A DNA stretch of 64,000 nt from Albugo candida (lineage: Eukaryota). Location: assembly GCA_040437565.1 (NCBI GenBank), contig JBDOQK010000010.1, forward strand, positions 558,001 to 622,000, in the 5' to 3' direction. Both the position numbers and the translations under genes were made by a program. The notes under the pieces were generated by a model, which saw only the letters and a list, made by a program, of their open reading frames with translations, made no database searches and was not told the origin of the DNA. Within the stretch, counting starts at the first letter, position 1. Every line of letters begins with the position of its first letter. Of the stretch, positions 27,261 to 41,807 are shown one piece after another.

Positions 27261-29504
27261 ACCAACAAGAGTTTGAACAATCACAATCGTTAACTTCTCT
27301 GCGTCTTCGAGCATGGTAGAATCATTTATCAGCTGGCGACTTGTGCATCGTCGGAGATAGTCCCGTCGGTAGGTCTACCAACATTTCCACCGTGTTCGCC
27401 CTTTCCTTCACGTTAAGACCTCCGCCTTGCAGAGTGCTGGTCATTTACCGACCGGCTCCTGCCGTAGACTCCGCGGTGAGCTTCACCGAAGTAAGGACAT
27501 TGACCGTTGGGCTCATGCATTCCAAAGTAGGAAGTGCCTTGGTAAATAGAGGTGCCGTTGTTTTACCTCTTGCCTAACACTGCTATCGACTCTTCGATAC
27601 CAGGAGTTACCGCCCAGATTCTGCGCAAACCTACCAAGATAAAGCTGCTGTGATATAGAGTTGACATCCGATAATGTATTCTTTCCCGCAGAAACTGTCT
27701 CTTGGTAACTGCTACTTTTACGACCACATCCCACCGCTAAACAACTGCATCCTTATGTAAGACATCTAAGGAGTCATATGGGACAAGACTGCTTGCAGCG
27801 TTACAACAAGAGAGGCTTGACCAAACAATTGAGAATGTAGGGTTTCACATCTTTTGTAATTTCGTGAAGACGCTTTGAAGTATATACTTTCCAATCGGAA
27901 TCTTTCATCTGGAATTGGAAGAGTAAATTTGCCGTGAGCTATTTCATTAGTAAAATGCAATCACTACTAACCCTCATGGATCCGTGGATTTGACTGTCGC
28001 TGGTGCTTCTTTTTGTCAGCACAAATTTAGGCAATCAGCAAGACGGTTTGTACGGCCATGTCGGAAATATATGTATGTATTTCTTGCTGCTTACCAGCCA
28101 CATTATTGTAAGAGCAACTTCATAGTAGGGTCATCGTGCTGACAGGTGAGCGAACATGGTGTCTCTCAAAAAGATGCATCATCTTCGATGTATGCACGTA
28201 TCTTGGTGCGATACTTTTTTCTACCATGTAAGCTCTAACGAATTTCAGCGACGATATCTTTAGCCCTGGTTTTAGTAACTCCGTTGAGAGACTGACTGAT
28301 ATCCGCCTGAGTACCATCGACAAGAAGATCATTGGCTCTTCACTGTAACTATTCACTCTCTGGGTAATTACCTTGCTCCAAGTAATTCCTGTGACGTATA
28401 TGATGCTGCAAGTTTCCATCAGATGCGAGTTCTGGATACATTAATACTTAATCGCAATTTGGGAGCTCCGCGAAGACCTTCTTCATTAAATCGTCACGAG
28501 ACTCCTCAATCTTTGCTAATTTTCAAATCAAAAGGCAGTCTTATCTAGGTCGGGGGAAAAAAGATCACGGTGCTTGTGTGATGTCCCTGAATGGCAAAAT
28601 TGTTTGTGTCGTTCAGATTCTTCTCTTCATGTTTCTCCGTACCAAAGTCTTCACCAATTATCAAACAAGTGATATGATTTTTCGAAGCCACCATGGTTCT
28701 TTAGTAGTTGATTGTTGTCAGAATTGCGGTAGAGACAGGCTTTGATGATGGAATTGTATTGCCACTTAGCATTTGGTGAGAAAAGTGGTGGCTTCGCACA
28801 TCGAGCGATACCCAGTATACATTTGACATCAAGCGGATCTTTGTGTGCATTCTAGTCATCAAAAGTTGCTGGAGTCGACGGTCCTCCACCACACCGACTG
28901 AAATATCCTCAATCACTGGGATTGTCGAGGCTTAACGCTACTGTAAAAGATGCCAAGACGCTGTGCCGGACACCAAACGTGCTAAATGCGAGATATTTCT
29001 GGGTGCAACCGGGTGGCCCGAATCTTGCACATTCCAACTTACACCTGCTAGTAATGCTGCTTTAAGCCCGACGGTGATCAATAAAGGGAGTGAAGAGCAT
29101 GGGCATGTTTTGACATACCAAAACAAAAATTACGATGAGACAAACTGTGCCGGTCGGAAAATGCGTTATTAATACTTGAAGGTCCCACGTGGTGGTGTAT
29201 CACACCCCTCTTTCTCTCCTATCGCCGTTTAAAATGTCGCTGCTCGTGGCTGTATATCGTTTGCACAAGCTCATGAAGCGGCTATTTCAATAAAGTGTTT
29301 AGCGTGACATAGGCTACTTTCAACTGCATCAGTGTATCTCCATTTGTCTTAGAATCAAGCACACGAGAAATCATGGTATTTATTATCATAAGCGCTGTAC
29401 GGATCACTTAGACTTGTAAAAGATTGATGTAAAACCAGCTCGCATTCCTGGAAAGTCACGGTCAAGATGCATACGACGCGCCTTAACTTTTGAACTTTGT
29501 GCTA

Positions 29505-32159
29505 CAGTGCAAGTCATCTACACCCTGTAATTATTATTTTTTGCGGCCAAAATTGAGGAATCATCAAACATAAACCGTCAACGAATATAATTCGCGTAAA
29601 TTCAAACCCTCCAATACCATTCCAACAGCTTTTCCCCCAATCACATTTAATCTTGATACCAACCATCCTGCTCATTTGACAACAAAACACATACCTTTTT
29701 TTCTGCCAGCCCATTGATCTAAGCAGCATGCCTCGAACATCAAAACAGCAACGTCACATAAAAGCTATGCAGGCTGCTTATGAGACGAAAAAGCCGGAAT
29801 TTATCAAGTTAAACTATCGAAAATAGGAGCGATATAAAGGCGGATTTAGAAGTTGAATTCGAGGATTTTGAGGAAGAGCAAACGGACACCATTATTGTGA
29901 GTATTGAGTCTGCTTGTAAACGGCCTTCTCGATACCTTGGAGATTCCGAAAGAACGAAGCGGCGCAAAAGAGCAGCGCAGGAAAAAGCCGCTATTGGGAC
30001 AAGAAAGCTAGAGACATACTTCAAGGGGAAAGCCACACAGCGTCATTCTATACATTATGAAAGCGAGGACTCGATAGATGAAAGACCTCGTTATTCTCAC
30101 AACAGTCTTCAAAGAGCGCTTGTGAAATTGGGAAAACAAAATCAATCAAAGGAGGAAATTATGCCGCTGCGTCTTGCCTCTTTTGCAGGATACTTCAGGC
30201 TTAAACTCTGCGGCAGTGGGGTATACTTCATTCATTTGCACATTCTCTAGCGCAATTTTATTTTATTTATCAACGGTCTATCGTGATTGCAAAATAGGGA
30301 TTTGCTGCCTTGCGAATAATAGCGGCGGCGAATGGAAAAGGTCGTTGGTTAGCCGAGATGCTTCGTGGCTGGGGACGTTCATTTCTTGAAACTGGTTTTA
30401 TTCCCGAGAGCAAGCAGGGAAAGCATCTTAAAACAATAAGTTTATTAGAGGATGAAGATGTCATTGCAGATGTGCAGCTTTACCTTCGAAACAATAAATT
30501 CTGTATAGTACCAACGGATTTTACCAAGCATGTCAACGAGCAAATACTTCCAAAATTGATCCCAATGCATCTATCCACCTCAGCACTGTGACTCGCTGGA
30601 TGTAATTACTTGGCCTACTCTATTCAGAGGTGAAGAGAGGCATGTACGTTGATGGCCATGAACGAACAGATGTCGTGGCATATCGTACTCAGTTTTTGGA
30701 ACGAATGAAAATCTATGAGCCATTTATGCCGCAATTTGTTGGGCCGGAAATGGAATCGGAGAGTTGGCCTGCCAGAGATGCCATCATCCTAGTGACGCAT
30801 GATGAAAGCACAATTACCGCCCATGATGGTCAGAAGAAGCTATGGTTTCCTGATGGCGAACAGCCACTGCGGAAGAAGGGGGCTGGAAGATCGATACATG
30901 TCAGCGAATTCCTGACTGATGTTGGTAAGTCTATTAGTTTAGAGTTTTTCGCTCATTACTTTGATCAAGAATTAACATCTTCTGTCTTATTCAAGTGGGT
31001 CGACTAGCTTTGAGCAAAGAAAAGAAGCTTCAACACAGCAATCTTCCAGAAGAGGCCTGCATAATCACATATCTCGGCAAGAAATAGGATGGTTGGTCGA
31101 CTGCGGAAGACCTTCATAAGCAAGTCCGGGATGCTGCAATTCCCATTTTCGATGCGCAGTTACCCAATGCAAAGATCTCTTCGCTTTTGACAATGCGAGT
31201 AGCCACGCAGCATTTGCTGAAGATGCAATCGTATCTCAACGGATGAATCTTGGACCGGTAGGAAAGCAACCGGTGATGTGGAATGGAATGTTTGGAGATG
31301 GGAAATCGCAATCCATAGTATTACCCGCAGATCATCCTCTGGCCGGACAACCAAAGAGCATAAAGACCGTCCTGCAGGAACGCAACCTCTGGATTCGCCT
31401 GGATTGCCGGGATTTATTTGGTGACAGTGGTGCCACAGGTAGCTGCTGTGGCCGCAGTATTATTCCGAACCAGCCAGACTTTAAAGCTCAAAAAGATTTG
31501 TTGGAAGAGACAATCACCGCGGCGGGACATCTCATCATATGTTACCCCAAATTTCATTGCGAATTTAATTTTTTAGAAAGCTTTTGGGAGGAAGCACAAC
31601 GATACGCAAGGAAAAATTGCGATTACACATGGAAAGGATTGGTCGCGACAGTTTCGAAAGCACTTGCCTCAGTTTCGCTCGCACAATCGTTCGCCATGCT
31701 AGCAAGTGCTTCCTTTATTTGGATGTTTATCGGGAAGATCTAAGCGGAAATGCCGCGGAATTTGCCATGAAAAAGTAACGATCACATCGAAGAGTTCCAG
31801 ACTCAGTTCACACAGACAGCAATGTTTTAGTAGCTACTGTATGAAGCTGTAAGTATGATATAAATAAAGATAATATTACACTTGTGCTCAAACCCTAAAC
31901 CCTAATTTGCCCACTGATGGCGGCCAAATTTTACGCTTTGATAGGAAACACTAGTTAAATCTAGAGAAACAAGGCAACTTTTAGAGCCTTATAAATTATC
32001 CAAAAATCATCCAATTTAAAAATCGAAGCCTTTTGTTTTGAAGCGCTAAACTGTATCTATCATACAAAATCGCTGTTTTTGTTCTGCGATGATTTATGCG
32101 TGAAGAGTGGTGAATTTATAAGGCCTAAAAAAGTCACAGGTTATAGGTGGTGTGCACTG
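29505..32159 (+). mobile_element. Full-length decayed IS630/Tc1/mariner-superfamily transposon (DD128E spacing) with intron
   Basis: TIRs cagtgcaagtcatctacaccctgt / cagtgcacaccacctataacctgt, TA at 29503-04 and 32160-61; YVDGHERTDVV, THDEST, FDNASSH, PKFHCEFNFLESFW; GT-AG intron 30925-30995 restores the frame (DVVGRLAL). Confidence 0.88.
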
Positions 32160-32758
32160 TACGTTTAGCATCTGTCTTTTTGATCTGCGATGCACTTCGC
32201 CTGATGAGAATGAGTTTATCAGAGTGCTACCATTGCTCGATTAGAAGTACACATTGCGACCTTGAAGTCCTAAAGTATTAGCATGGGTCAGCATTGATCT
32301 TTGCGGCAAGGCGGGATAGGGCGCAAATGTGGTGAGAAGCGAATAAACTGTAGAATGAAATCAATTCAATCTCTTGCTGTAGATACTGTGCACATATCTA
32401 GTGCACGACATCATTTTCCTAAAGCCTTTCTGTGATATAAAATTCTCTATGCATCAGAAAAATACAAGCTTCGGTGAGTGATGCTTGCTGACACTCCTAC
32501 TCATGAGATATAGAACAACACTCTGCAAAAAAATACACTGAACCGGGCTAAAGAGAGGCATCGCTGTGCGTGGTATCTCTAAATTAGAAGCGAGCTTTTT
32601 GAAATCTGTGATCCTTCTATGATTTCGGAACTAACATCAAAACCGTAGAGATCACATTTCCAGAAATTGTAGAAGGAACTGTGCATGATTGCCCATGTCT
32701 CCTATGCTTCTTTGGTTGTTCAAATGCTGCCAGAGAGCTGCATTTCTCATGATATTTC

Positions 32759-35700
32759 TATTGGAAGAAATGCAAGATGGTGGGTGTTTAGAAGCTCGGC
32801 CTACCACTCTAGGCGGGTAGGTGCAGCCACGATCTGTTTATAAAATGGCTTGATGGTAGAGCGTAAGAAACATTGTTTGCAGGACGTTGAAAAAAACTTC
32901 ACTTCTACTTTTCAAAGCATCCTCTCGACTTGTAAAGTCTAACAGGTTATGAGCCCAAATGGCGAAGAAGTTTCTGTAGCGGAAGGTCGTCAGTAGCGTA
33001 GGGCAGACGCCGGTCGCGAAAGGGCCGGCATTCTGGAGGAGAAAGAAGAGGTCAAGGAAGAACCAAGGGACACGCAGAGCAAGCTGCTGGATCTCTTCAC
33101 GGGTCTCACGGAGCGAACGGGAGCGCATGAAGGCGTCACAAGGGCGCCTGAAGGAGAAGGACTGTTTGAAGGGCCACGAGGCTAGTTTTTTTGTCTCGGT
33201 GTTGGGGCAGGGCAAGGCATAACCAATGAGACGTTGATCGTATCGCCACCGAGGCGTGTGCCGCCCAGCGTATCGCAATCCACGTACTTTGGTGCAAGAC
33301 AGCCTGGATACGTTGATGCAGCAGCCAACGTTTACATGGCGCAGGCGCCGCCGCTAGTGCTTCCACAGCATTACGTGTCACCACCCATGTAACAGCCGGC
33401 GTCTCACCAAACATGGCATCAGGACTCCAATACTACCGCGTGCCGGATACGCGACAGAGGAAGCTGGGCATCCGACCATTTTGATGGCAAGAAATTGTAT
33501 CAAGGACTCGGAAGTGGTTTTCTATCTTGGAGAGATTTGTTAGACAGGTCATGTTCGCGGAGCGAGCAAGTGGTTTCCAGTGGAGTGAAGACGTCAAGGT
33601 GGACGTACTAGGGCACCACTTGACCGGATGGTGGTCACCTGCGCATATCGGTGCGCGGGAGTGTGATTATTACAACGATAGTAATGGGAAAAATAACCAA
33701 GGTGCGCTTGACGGATTTATACTTCGCCGCAAACCTCGAGAGGAACATTATTTCGTATGGAATGTTGGAGGGTAAAGGGTGTAAAATATCCACTGGGCCA
33801 GTATCGTGTTCTAGCCGCATTGAACGAAGGACCGGCTGTTTCGACGTAGGAGTACGCAATAACGGGTTGGTTGTGCGCGCACAAAAATGCGAACTAGATA
33901 CGACGGGACGAGACGTGATGATGTCAGTACTCTCGCAACACGAGGAGAACGTAGGTCAGCATGTGCAGAAAGGGTCGCTACTGCACTTCTATAAACGGCT
34001 TGCTCATCTTAATCACGACACTATCATCAAGATGGCCAAGGACACCGCATAAGGAATACAGCTCACGGATGAGCTGCGCGCTAACTGCTTGTCTTGCGTT
34101 CAAGGGAAACAGACCAAGGATCCACAGTCGTGAAAAGAAACTGGAAGAAACGCACCGATCGATTTGATTGAAGGAGTCATATGCTCCGACTTAGGGGGAC
34201 CGATGACCCCGCGGGACAGGTTGGGCAACCGTATCATGGTGAATTTAATCGACCAACGGACAAATTAATGTCGCGCTTTCTTGGCAAAGTCCAAAGATGC
34301 TGCAGCTCAGAAGTTCAACCACTTAATGGCTTTCTTTGAGCGACACTTCAACTATCGGATTCACGTTTTGAGGACGTAGGGTGGAGGAGAATACAAGACA
34401 TTAGACCTATTCTTCAAGAAAACTGGTATTACACGGCAGGTGAGCGAGCCACGTAACCAAGAAAGTAATAGAAAAGCAGAGCGTATGCACCGCACCATCA
34501 TGAACATGGTGCGAAGCATGCTCTTCGCTTGTGGATTGCCGTTAGGCTTCTGGGTAGATTCCGCGGAATATGCGGTGTGTATTCTTAAACGGAGCCTAAG
34601 CAAAGCGAATTTGGGAAGACAGTTACCGTTGCAAATGCTCACGAAGGGCATCCCAGACTTGGGCGACATAGTGGTTTTTGTCTCGCCGTTCACGGTGCAT
34701 AGAGGGTTTATGTGCCAAGGGAGAAGATCTTCACAGTCACGCAACACGCTCGAATCGTAGAGACACTGACCGAGGAGCAGAATGCGTAGTTACGTCGTGT
34801 GGATCTAACGGAGGACGATGAAACAGTAGGCTATAAGGGCGGTTATCCGTCGATAGAAATCCCAATACCGGTTCCATGAGGGAAATTCAAGGGACGAGGA
34901 CAAAGTAAACCCTAGACGCGCGGTGCGCACATGACCGGGACAGGGCGCAAAAGGCACGCGGAAATGCTGAAGAAAGTGAACAGCCTGGTGAAGTGATAAA
35001 TAGCGTGCAGAAGGCGAAGCCAAAGAATTATGAGCAAGTCGTGAAGAGTGAGCACAGTAAAAGTGGGTAATTGCAATATTGGGTTACCTGCAAGCGCTCG
35101 AAGACAACGGAGTTTGGTTGTCGTAGTGCCACCTAACAACAGCCACGTGCAGCACACAAAATGGGTCTACAAGACCATAACAGATACTGAGGGAGCTATC
35201 GAACGGTTCAAGGCGAGACTGGTTGCCTGTGGTAATCAGCAGGTATGTGGCGTTGATTATGGTCTTGCTTGCTGCTGTTATGGAGTTGAGCACGGTGAAG
35301 GTGATTTTAGTGCTTGCGTTGCGCTGTGTACGTGAAGGTTGATAACGAAGAACATTTGGATATCTACTTGGCGATTCCGCAGGGGATAAATATTTGAAAA
35401 TGGCACTTTGCGACAATTTGGCGTGCAAGACAAATTGTACTTAGCGCTACAACTGAAAAATCTCTTTATTGCCTCAAGCAGGCGGGCCGCCTGTGGAGCA
35501 AACAGTTACACGCCAGGCTGGGTGAGGCAGGATTCACGCAGTATGAAACCGATATGTGCTTGTACTATAAGCACCAGGGAGACGATGTGACTATTGTCGG
35601 CGTTTACGTGGACGACTTACTAGTCACAGCGTCCAGTCCGAGGATGGTAGAGCTGTTTTCGAGGAGATGACATGTTTATCGATTNNNNNNNNNNNNNNNN

Positions 35701-36365
35701 NNNNNNNNNNNNNNNNNNNNNNNNNNNNNNNNNNNNNNNNNNNNNNNNNNNNNNNNNNNNNNNNNNNNNNNNNNNNNNNNNNNNTGTGCAAAAAGCAAAC
35801 CGGGGTTTCGCTTTCGACAATGGAAGCCGAGTTTGCGTCGGCCTTGCACGCTGCACGAGAATAGCTAGGACTGAGAGAGTTGATGCGCGAGATTGGGTTT
35901 CAAGTGCAGGCTCCGATGTCAGTGCTGATGGACAACCAGGCTGCTATCAGACAGCTGGAGACTGAAGGAGTATGTCGAGTTTCAAGCACATTGATGTGCG
36001 CATGAAGTTTATACGCGATTATGCGAGTAAGGACATCGTGAAACCGAAGTTTGTGGAATCGCGCCTAATGAAGGCGGACTTCCTGACAAAAGTGTTGCCG
36101 GCTCAAAGAATTGCAGAACTACGAGAGCTATTTAATTTTCTGTAGCCATAAAGTGTGGGACGACCTAGGATGAGTACTGGAAAAAACTGCAAGATGGTGA
36201 GAGTGTGTAGAAGTTCGGCCGACCATTTTCGGCGGGTAGGTGCAGCCACGATCTGTTTATAAAATGGTTGGATGGTAGAGATCGTTTGAAACTTTGTTTG
36301 TAGGACGTTGAAATCAACTTCACTTCTACTTTTCACAGCATCCTCTCGACTTGTAAAGTCTAACA
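32759..36365 (+). mobile_element. Decayed Ty1/Copia LTR retrotransposon
   Basis: LTRs 32759-32944 and 36175-36365; TSD atttc/attcc; PBS ggttatgagccca; KAERMHRTIMNM, RFKARLVACG, YVDDLL, STMEAEF motifs. Confidence 0.9.
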
Positions 36366-39300
36366 ATTCCTACCGAATTCGATGAATTTTGTCTCGAGAT
36401 AAAGAGTAGTCCGAAACTCATCCCGCAGCAGCAGATCAATAAGTTTCCGTGTTGACATTTATTGATCGTCCATGTTACTCTCCTAATTGTGTCTGAATTT
36501 CAGATAGAGATATATAAATACGGACTTAGAGTAGTATCTATGTTACCAACCCAGCGAAAATGATAGAAGCACTAGCTCAATAGTTCAATAAAGTGTTCGT
36601 GCCCCCCGATTTCAGAGAATTTAAAGAGCTCCCACTGGAGTTTATGGAAGGTAAGTGACTATAGCTGTTTGATATGCATACAACCTCAGATGTAGCGCAA
36701 CACATGATGCTTTAAATGCATCCCGTATTGCTGCTATGTACACTTCATGGACTTGGAATAAGTAACAGTCTCGGCGGTCAAATCGACTATAGTATGAAAT
36801 GCGGTCTAGAATGAAACACTACAAACCATGTCAAAATTCAAAGTAAAACAATATGATGAGTCTTATGGTAATCCTATGACGAAATACTGTGAAAGTATTT
36901 GCGAGATATATTTGAGATACTGTTTGATCTCTCGACCACGAAAGGAAAACGTCATAGCATAATGCAGGTATGAAAAATATCAAGATCCTAAGAAGAGTTA
37001 GAAAGGTAGCGTGGGAAGCACTTTCCATGTTGCGTGTTTATGAGCGAATATTAAAAGCATGAATAGATTCTATGAAGCACGGGGACGACAGCTAGAAGCT
37101 CGTTCAATTCGGAATTGGCTGTGCACAATCATCGGTGAATAGTGACTTTGCCGACTAGTTGACCCTCTAGAGGATGTGAAACAGCCATTGATTCGAATGC
37201 GGCGGGCAAAGAATATGAGAAAGAAGATTCATCTTGATCGAGAATCCGAAGCGTCCTAGCTAATTGGGAAGTGATGATGTGGCGTGGAACAGATCTGTGT
37301 GGACGTCTTCTGAATTCCCTAGCAGCGATCCCGACGTGCAAACTTCGCGTCATATTTGATCTGCTGCATCGTTATGCAAATCGAATGCTCCATCAATATC
37401 GTCTCTAATGAATTTGAGACTTTTCAAATCAAGATAAGTTCATCGACAGCTACGATATGCCTAAAATGATTATCCTTGAGATGAATGAAGTCAACGTCAT
37501 CGCCAAAAATACAATGAGCGTCGAATTCATGCATGTAGGAAGGTCTGGCTGAAAGGACATAGGGAAAGAGCACTCGAGTAGAATATGTACTAGACCGGTA
37601 CGGAAATTACGAAAACTACTATTGTATGCAATAATCACTAGAGAACCATGTGTCGCATAGAAATTCAAGGCAAAGTCGTACTTTTGTATCACATATGAGC
37701 GTCGTTGCGAGATAAGCATCATCTCGATTAAGGGTGATGAAGCTTGGATGGAGTTCAATTCATGTCGGTAGATAACTTTTAATGTCCTCATGAGAATGCT
37801 GTCGAGCATGTACATAATTGTATGAAACCGACTACTTTGTTGCGATTGCCAGACGAGTTCCGTTAATGTGATGCATTGGTATGCAATCTGACCTGAAAAT
37901 ATCATATCCACATACTATCAAGAATGTCACTCTCACAATTAAACACACATTAAGTATCGAACGACTCATGCCTAACTTTATCATCACTCCCAAAAGCTAC
38001 TCCAGATACTTTAGATACAAAAAATCATATTTTTTGATTTTTTCGATATGCATTTGACTTGCATTCTGATAACAACTTCTTCGAAATGTTGACTACTTCG
38101 AAAGTGAAAAAAGTCTCAACACAAACACATCTGTTATCAACTTCAGCATGTACATGGACTGGATACTAGCTCTATCAGGTTTAGAGTCATACTAAACTGA
38201 TCCCGGCCGAATTCCTTCATCATTAGCATGTTATTGACTAGTAAGGTAACTACACTAAGAGCATGACAAAGCTTGAATCAGTACCGAATCCTCACCAGGT
38301 CAGCCAACCAGGTATGCGTGTCGAAATGAGCCACTTCAACGCTTCATCACTCAAGGGGCTATAACACACGTTTTTCCGTACGGTAAGTGAACCACAATAA
38401 ACTGATATGAACTTGACCATGTTATGCTCAAGCACACTGAATTATCGGAATATCTCACAAGAACTTCATCCCCCAGCATACAGATAGCCGAATTTTGCAT
38501 GCATATTTACATGTTACTGCGGAAGAAAAAAAGCGGTGAAAAATCTCTTAGTGCACATGATCGCATTCTTGGCACCAAGAAGGTCACATAGCAATACGCA
38601 GATATGCCTATTTTACGCAAGTCCAGTTCACGGCTGTCAGGGATGCCCACTTGTTGATTATTTTGATCTCTTGCTCTGCTGGGTCTTTTTAGTGAGCTCA
38701 CAATGTTCACATCTCGAGACTTCCGTAAAACAGCTCGCAGTATCTACTACCACGCATGCATACGAATTTCGATAGATACCAGAATTACTTCTTTTAAGAT
38801 CGCCAGGCACTCGAGACACTTTCCTATATCGTAGAGCTCCATTCGATGACAATGAACTTCAAAAGCTCCTTATATGTGTTGAGGGTAATATCACTGTCAA
38901 TTCTCACAGGATCTTGTAAATGTATGCTGTTCGAATGAATAGCATCCATCCCCACCTCATTCCGGCGATTCGTATGAGCATTAGGGTTGAGAAGAATACG
39001 TCTTCACGGATCCTATTCTAGATACATTTTAAATTGACAGAACGCATCTGATAAAAATACAACACGGCTCCATTGCTTGTCGTGCACTTAGCAACATCCA
39101 TCATTGACGGTCGTTTGGGTATTTTGACCATGGTTGCTCGTCCTGGAAGCTCATTGCATGTGTAAATGCTTGTTCTTCTTGCTTCCTGAATGATGTAGAT
39201 AGGCAATGAACACATTTGATGTCGCCACGAGTTCATGAATCGCCTATATGCAATCTCTGATTGAGTTGTTACTTCCACCTTGGGATACATTTCCTGGAGG

Positions 39301-40185
39301 TTGGGCGTGCATTGTATCAGCTGAGTCTTCATTATGTAATAGAATTAAGTCCCCACAAAGTGGTTTAGCCATTTCAAAATATTTAGTGATGTCTTGAATA
39401 TTACCAAAGGGGTGTATGATAAGCTACCCGCCTTGTGCGTCCAAATGAGTTCAAGCTACCACAATGCTGCTTAACCAAGGTAGAGTAACAACTTGCAAGG
39501 ACGCTGTGACATCTATGATTCTGGGCATTTCTATCCTAAGTAGCCAAGCAACAGTCATTCTGCTTTGACTCTGTAGTATTCTAAATACCTACCGACTCAA
39601 ACACTCCCTCGTATTCAACATCATCATCGAGCAGCTTCGCGTTATTTCATGTGGCTTGTTCGGATATATGATGACAATGTTGGTAGTTCAGTGACGAAGT
39701 AGCGCCTGTGCACCATCTCTTGCAAGACCCTAAGATACTTCCTGCACCTTCTCTGGCTGAACATAAGAAGTATGTTGCTACCTGCATGCCAATAGAAACT
39801 GTTGGTGGTATCCCCACATATGGATTAGATTGACAGTCAAAATCACGATGGAGATGTTAGCAGACCACTATCCCGAAATGGTTGTGGTGTGCTATTTTCC
39901 GGTGTGGATAGTCAACTTTGCCAGTACCTTGGGAGCCTCTTCTGAAGGCTATTTCCAAGGGTCGATTTTGTAGTGGACCTTGATACTTGTTTTAGTCATC
40001 ACGTGGCGCGTCAGACTTGATTATCAATATAATACAAAAGAAACAAGCTGGCTTGTCGCGTTCAATAGTATTGATTGAACAAGAATATTCTTCCCCACTC
40101 CAAGGCTTAGTGATAACGACGAGAAGAAACATGCTAGAAGCTACATCCTATCCTGGAAAAGCATCATTGGCTCATATGAAAAGTG

Positions 40186-41488
40186 TCATCGCGTTGATCT
40201 GGTTGCTACCTGTCTATGCAGTTCGTTCTTTCCTTTTACGCGGGCATTGTAGTTGTTCATTGCATGAATCGGTGGACGTGACACGGTTTTCTTATGAAGT
40301 AGGGAATCTTTGACTTCTTCTAAAATTCCAGATGGCTGCATACTTCGAGACTTCCATTTGCCATTTGACGTAGTTTGCTCCATTCGATAACCAGCGTATT
40401 CTTTCAACTTACCATCCACGTCAGCTTTCCAATTTTGCATCAGACATTTCTGAATATGTGATTCGAGAGCATCATTTGTAGCATTCATGATCGATTGCAT
40501 TGACTGTTCACTACGCCTGCATGACATTGCTTTGCATGATGCAGAATCAGCACTTTCTGACGTCCTGTGATTGACAACTGGAAGAAAATTTTGGTCGGTC
40601 TGCTGCTGGAGTGATGTGCAGTCTTTAATTCTTCTAAATGTTTTCCCGTGATGTGAGCTGTCGTTACTGACCGTCATCTCTTGGCGCTGCAGCTTGGGCA
40701 CTACTTGCATAAAAAAAGCTACCTTTTGACTCAATTTCTGAATCATCTGTTCCTGTAACTGCCGATCTTGACGCAATTGTCGATATTGTGCCTTTAAGGT
40801 ATCGTGAGCATGGAGAATCTTCTCCACCTGAGCATTCTGATATTTGATTTCCATCTGATAATGTTTATTCTCACGAGCAACACTTTCCGTGGTCTGGCTC
40901 ATTTGGCTCTCCAACTCATGCTTCAAGGTATCCTGTATCGACTCAACAGCAGCAATTTTGTCCCGTTCCCACCGTTTCTGCTCTGCAAGTAACTTTTGCT
41001 CCAAATAGCGCACTTGTTTATTTTGTTGCTCCATGATATGTTGATTTTGAGCCTCCAGCTCAGCAATTGTAGCAAGCATTTCCTGCTTCTCCATTCCAAA
41101 TTTGTTCAACGCAAGAATTTGTGCCTCTCTTTCGGCAAGTACGGAAGTCAGATTGTCATGATTTGACAAGATTTCTCCATAAAGCTGCTTATACTCTTCT
41201 TCCCTACAAACAGACAAGCTATGAAATAAAAGTGCAGTACGATCGACAGCTTGGCTGCTTGAGAATTTGCTATTATGACATATATCAGATCTTGCATCTT
41301 GACGGCTCTCGATCACATCGACTGAGGGTATCGATGGTGGCAGTCTTCCTAGCTTGGAGGAAAAGCTCTCATCGGCAATTTTTCCCCCAACCTGCAATAT
41401 CTCCAATAGCGAGCGATTCATCTCTTGTGATTTTTCGTATTTTTCCATAACATCTTCTAAGCGTTTGGCACGATATGCCAAAACTCGT
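40186..41488 (-). CDS. Coiled-coil protein resembling CFAP157 (flagellar), 3' part
   Basis: 431-aa open coiled-coil ORF with LEQKLLAEQKRW...TTESVARENKHYQMEIKYQ; 5' part probably at 47334-47639; family call from recalled similarity only. Confidence 0.6.
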
Positions 41489-41588
41489 NNNNNNNNNNNN
41501 NNNNNNNNNNNNNNNNNNNNNNNNNNNNNNNNNNNNNNNNNNNNNNNNNNNNNNNNNNNNNNNNNNNNNNNNNNNNNNNNNNNNNNNN

Positions 41589-41807
41589 AGCGGTGTGTTT
41601 TTGTTGTACATATTGTTCGATACCATCACTCTTTACGTACTCGGACTGGGACTCTAACTCGGATCCGGAATTGACGATGTATAGCACGTGCACTTTGAGA
41701 TCTGATTGGAGTACTTGGAAATCCGAATCATTCTGTATATAGCGTATGGCTGCATTGGTCGCTGTTGAAATAGCAGCCAACAACAAGAGCGTCAACAAGC
41801 TAGCCAT
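41589..41807 (-). CDS. Signal-peptide N-terminus of a secretory protein, probably the 5' end of the KDEL protein at 47914-48989
   Basis: MASLLTLLLLAAISTATNA signal peptide; ORF runs into gap. Confidence 0.6.

Larger units (their letters stand above)
29180..37940. repeat. Copy 2 of the ~3.3 kb duplicated block, interrupted by two transposons
   Basis: Segments 29180-29504, 32160-32758 and 36366-37940 join colinearly to match 3430-6740. Confidence 0.8.

Noticed and set aside
31890-31905. aaaccctaaaccctaa telomere-like motif inside the transposon
   Set aside because: Only two units; not a telomeric array
38536-38775. GCQGCPLV CxxC motif, and FASCLIYCIG at ~6150, as further CCG relics
   Set aside because: No signal peptide or complete motif; could be chance
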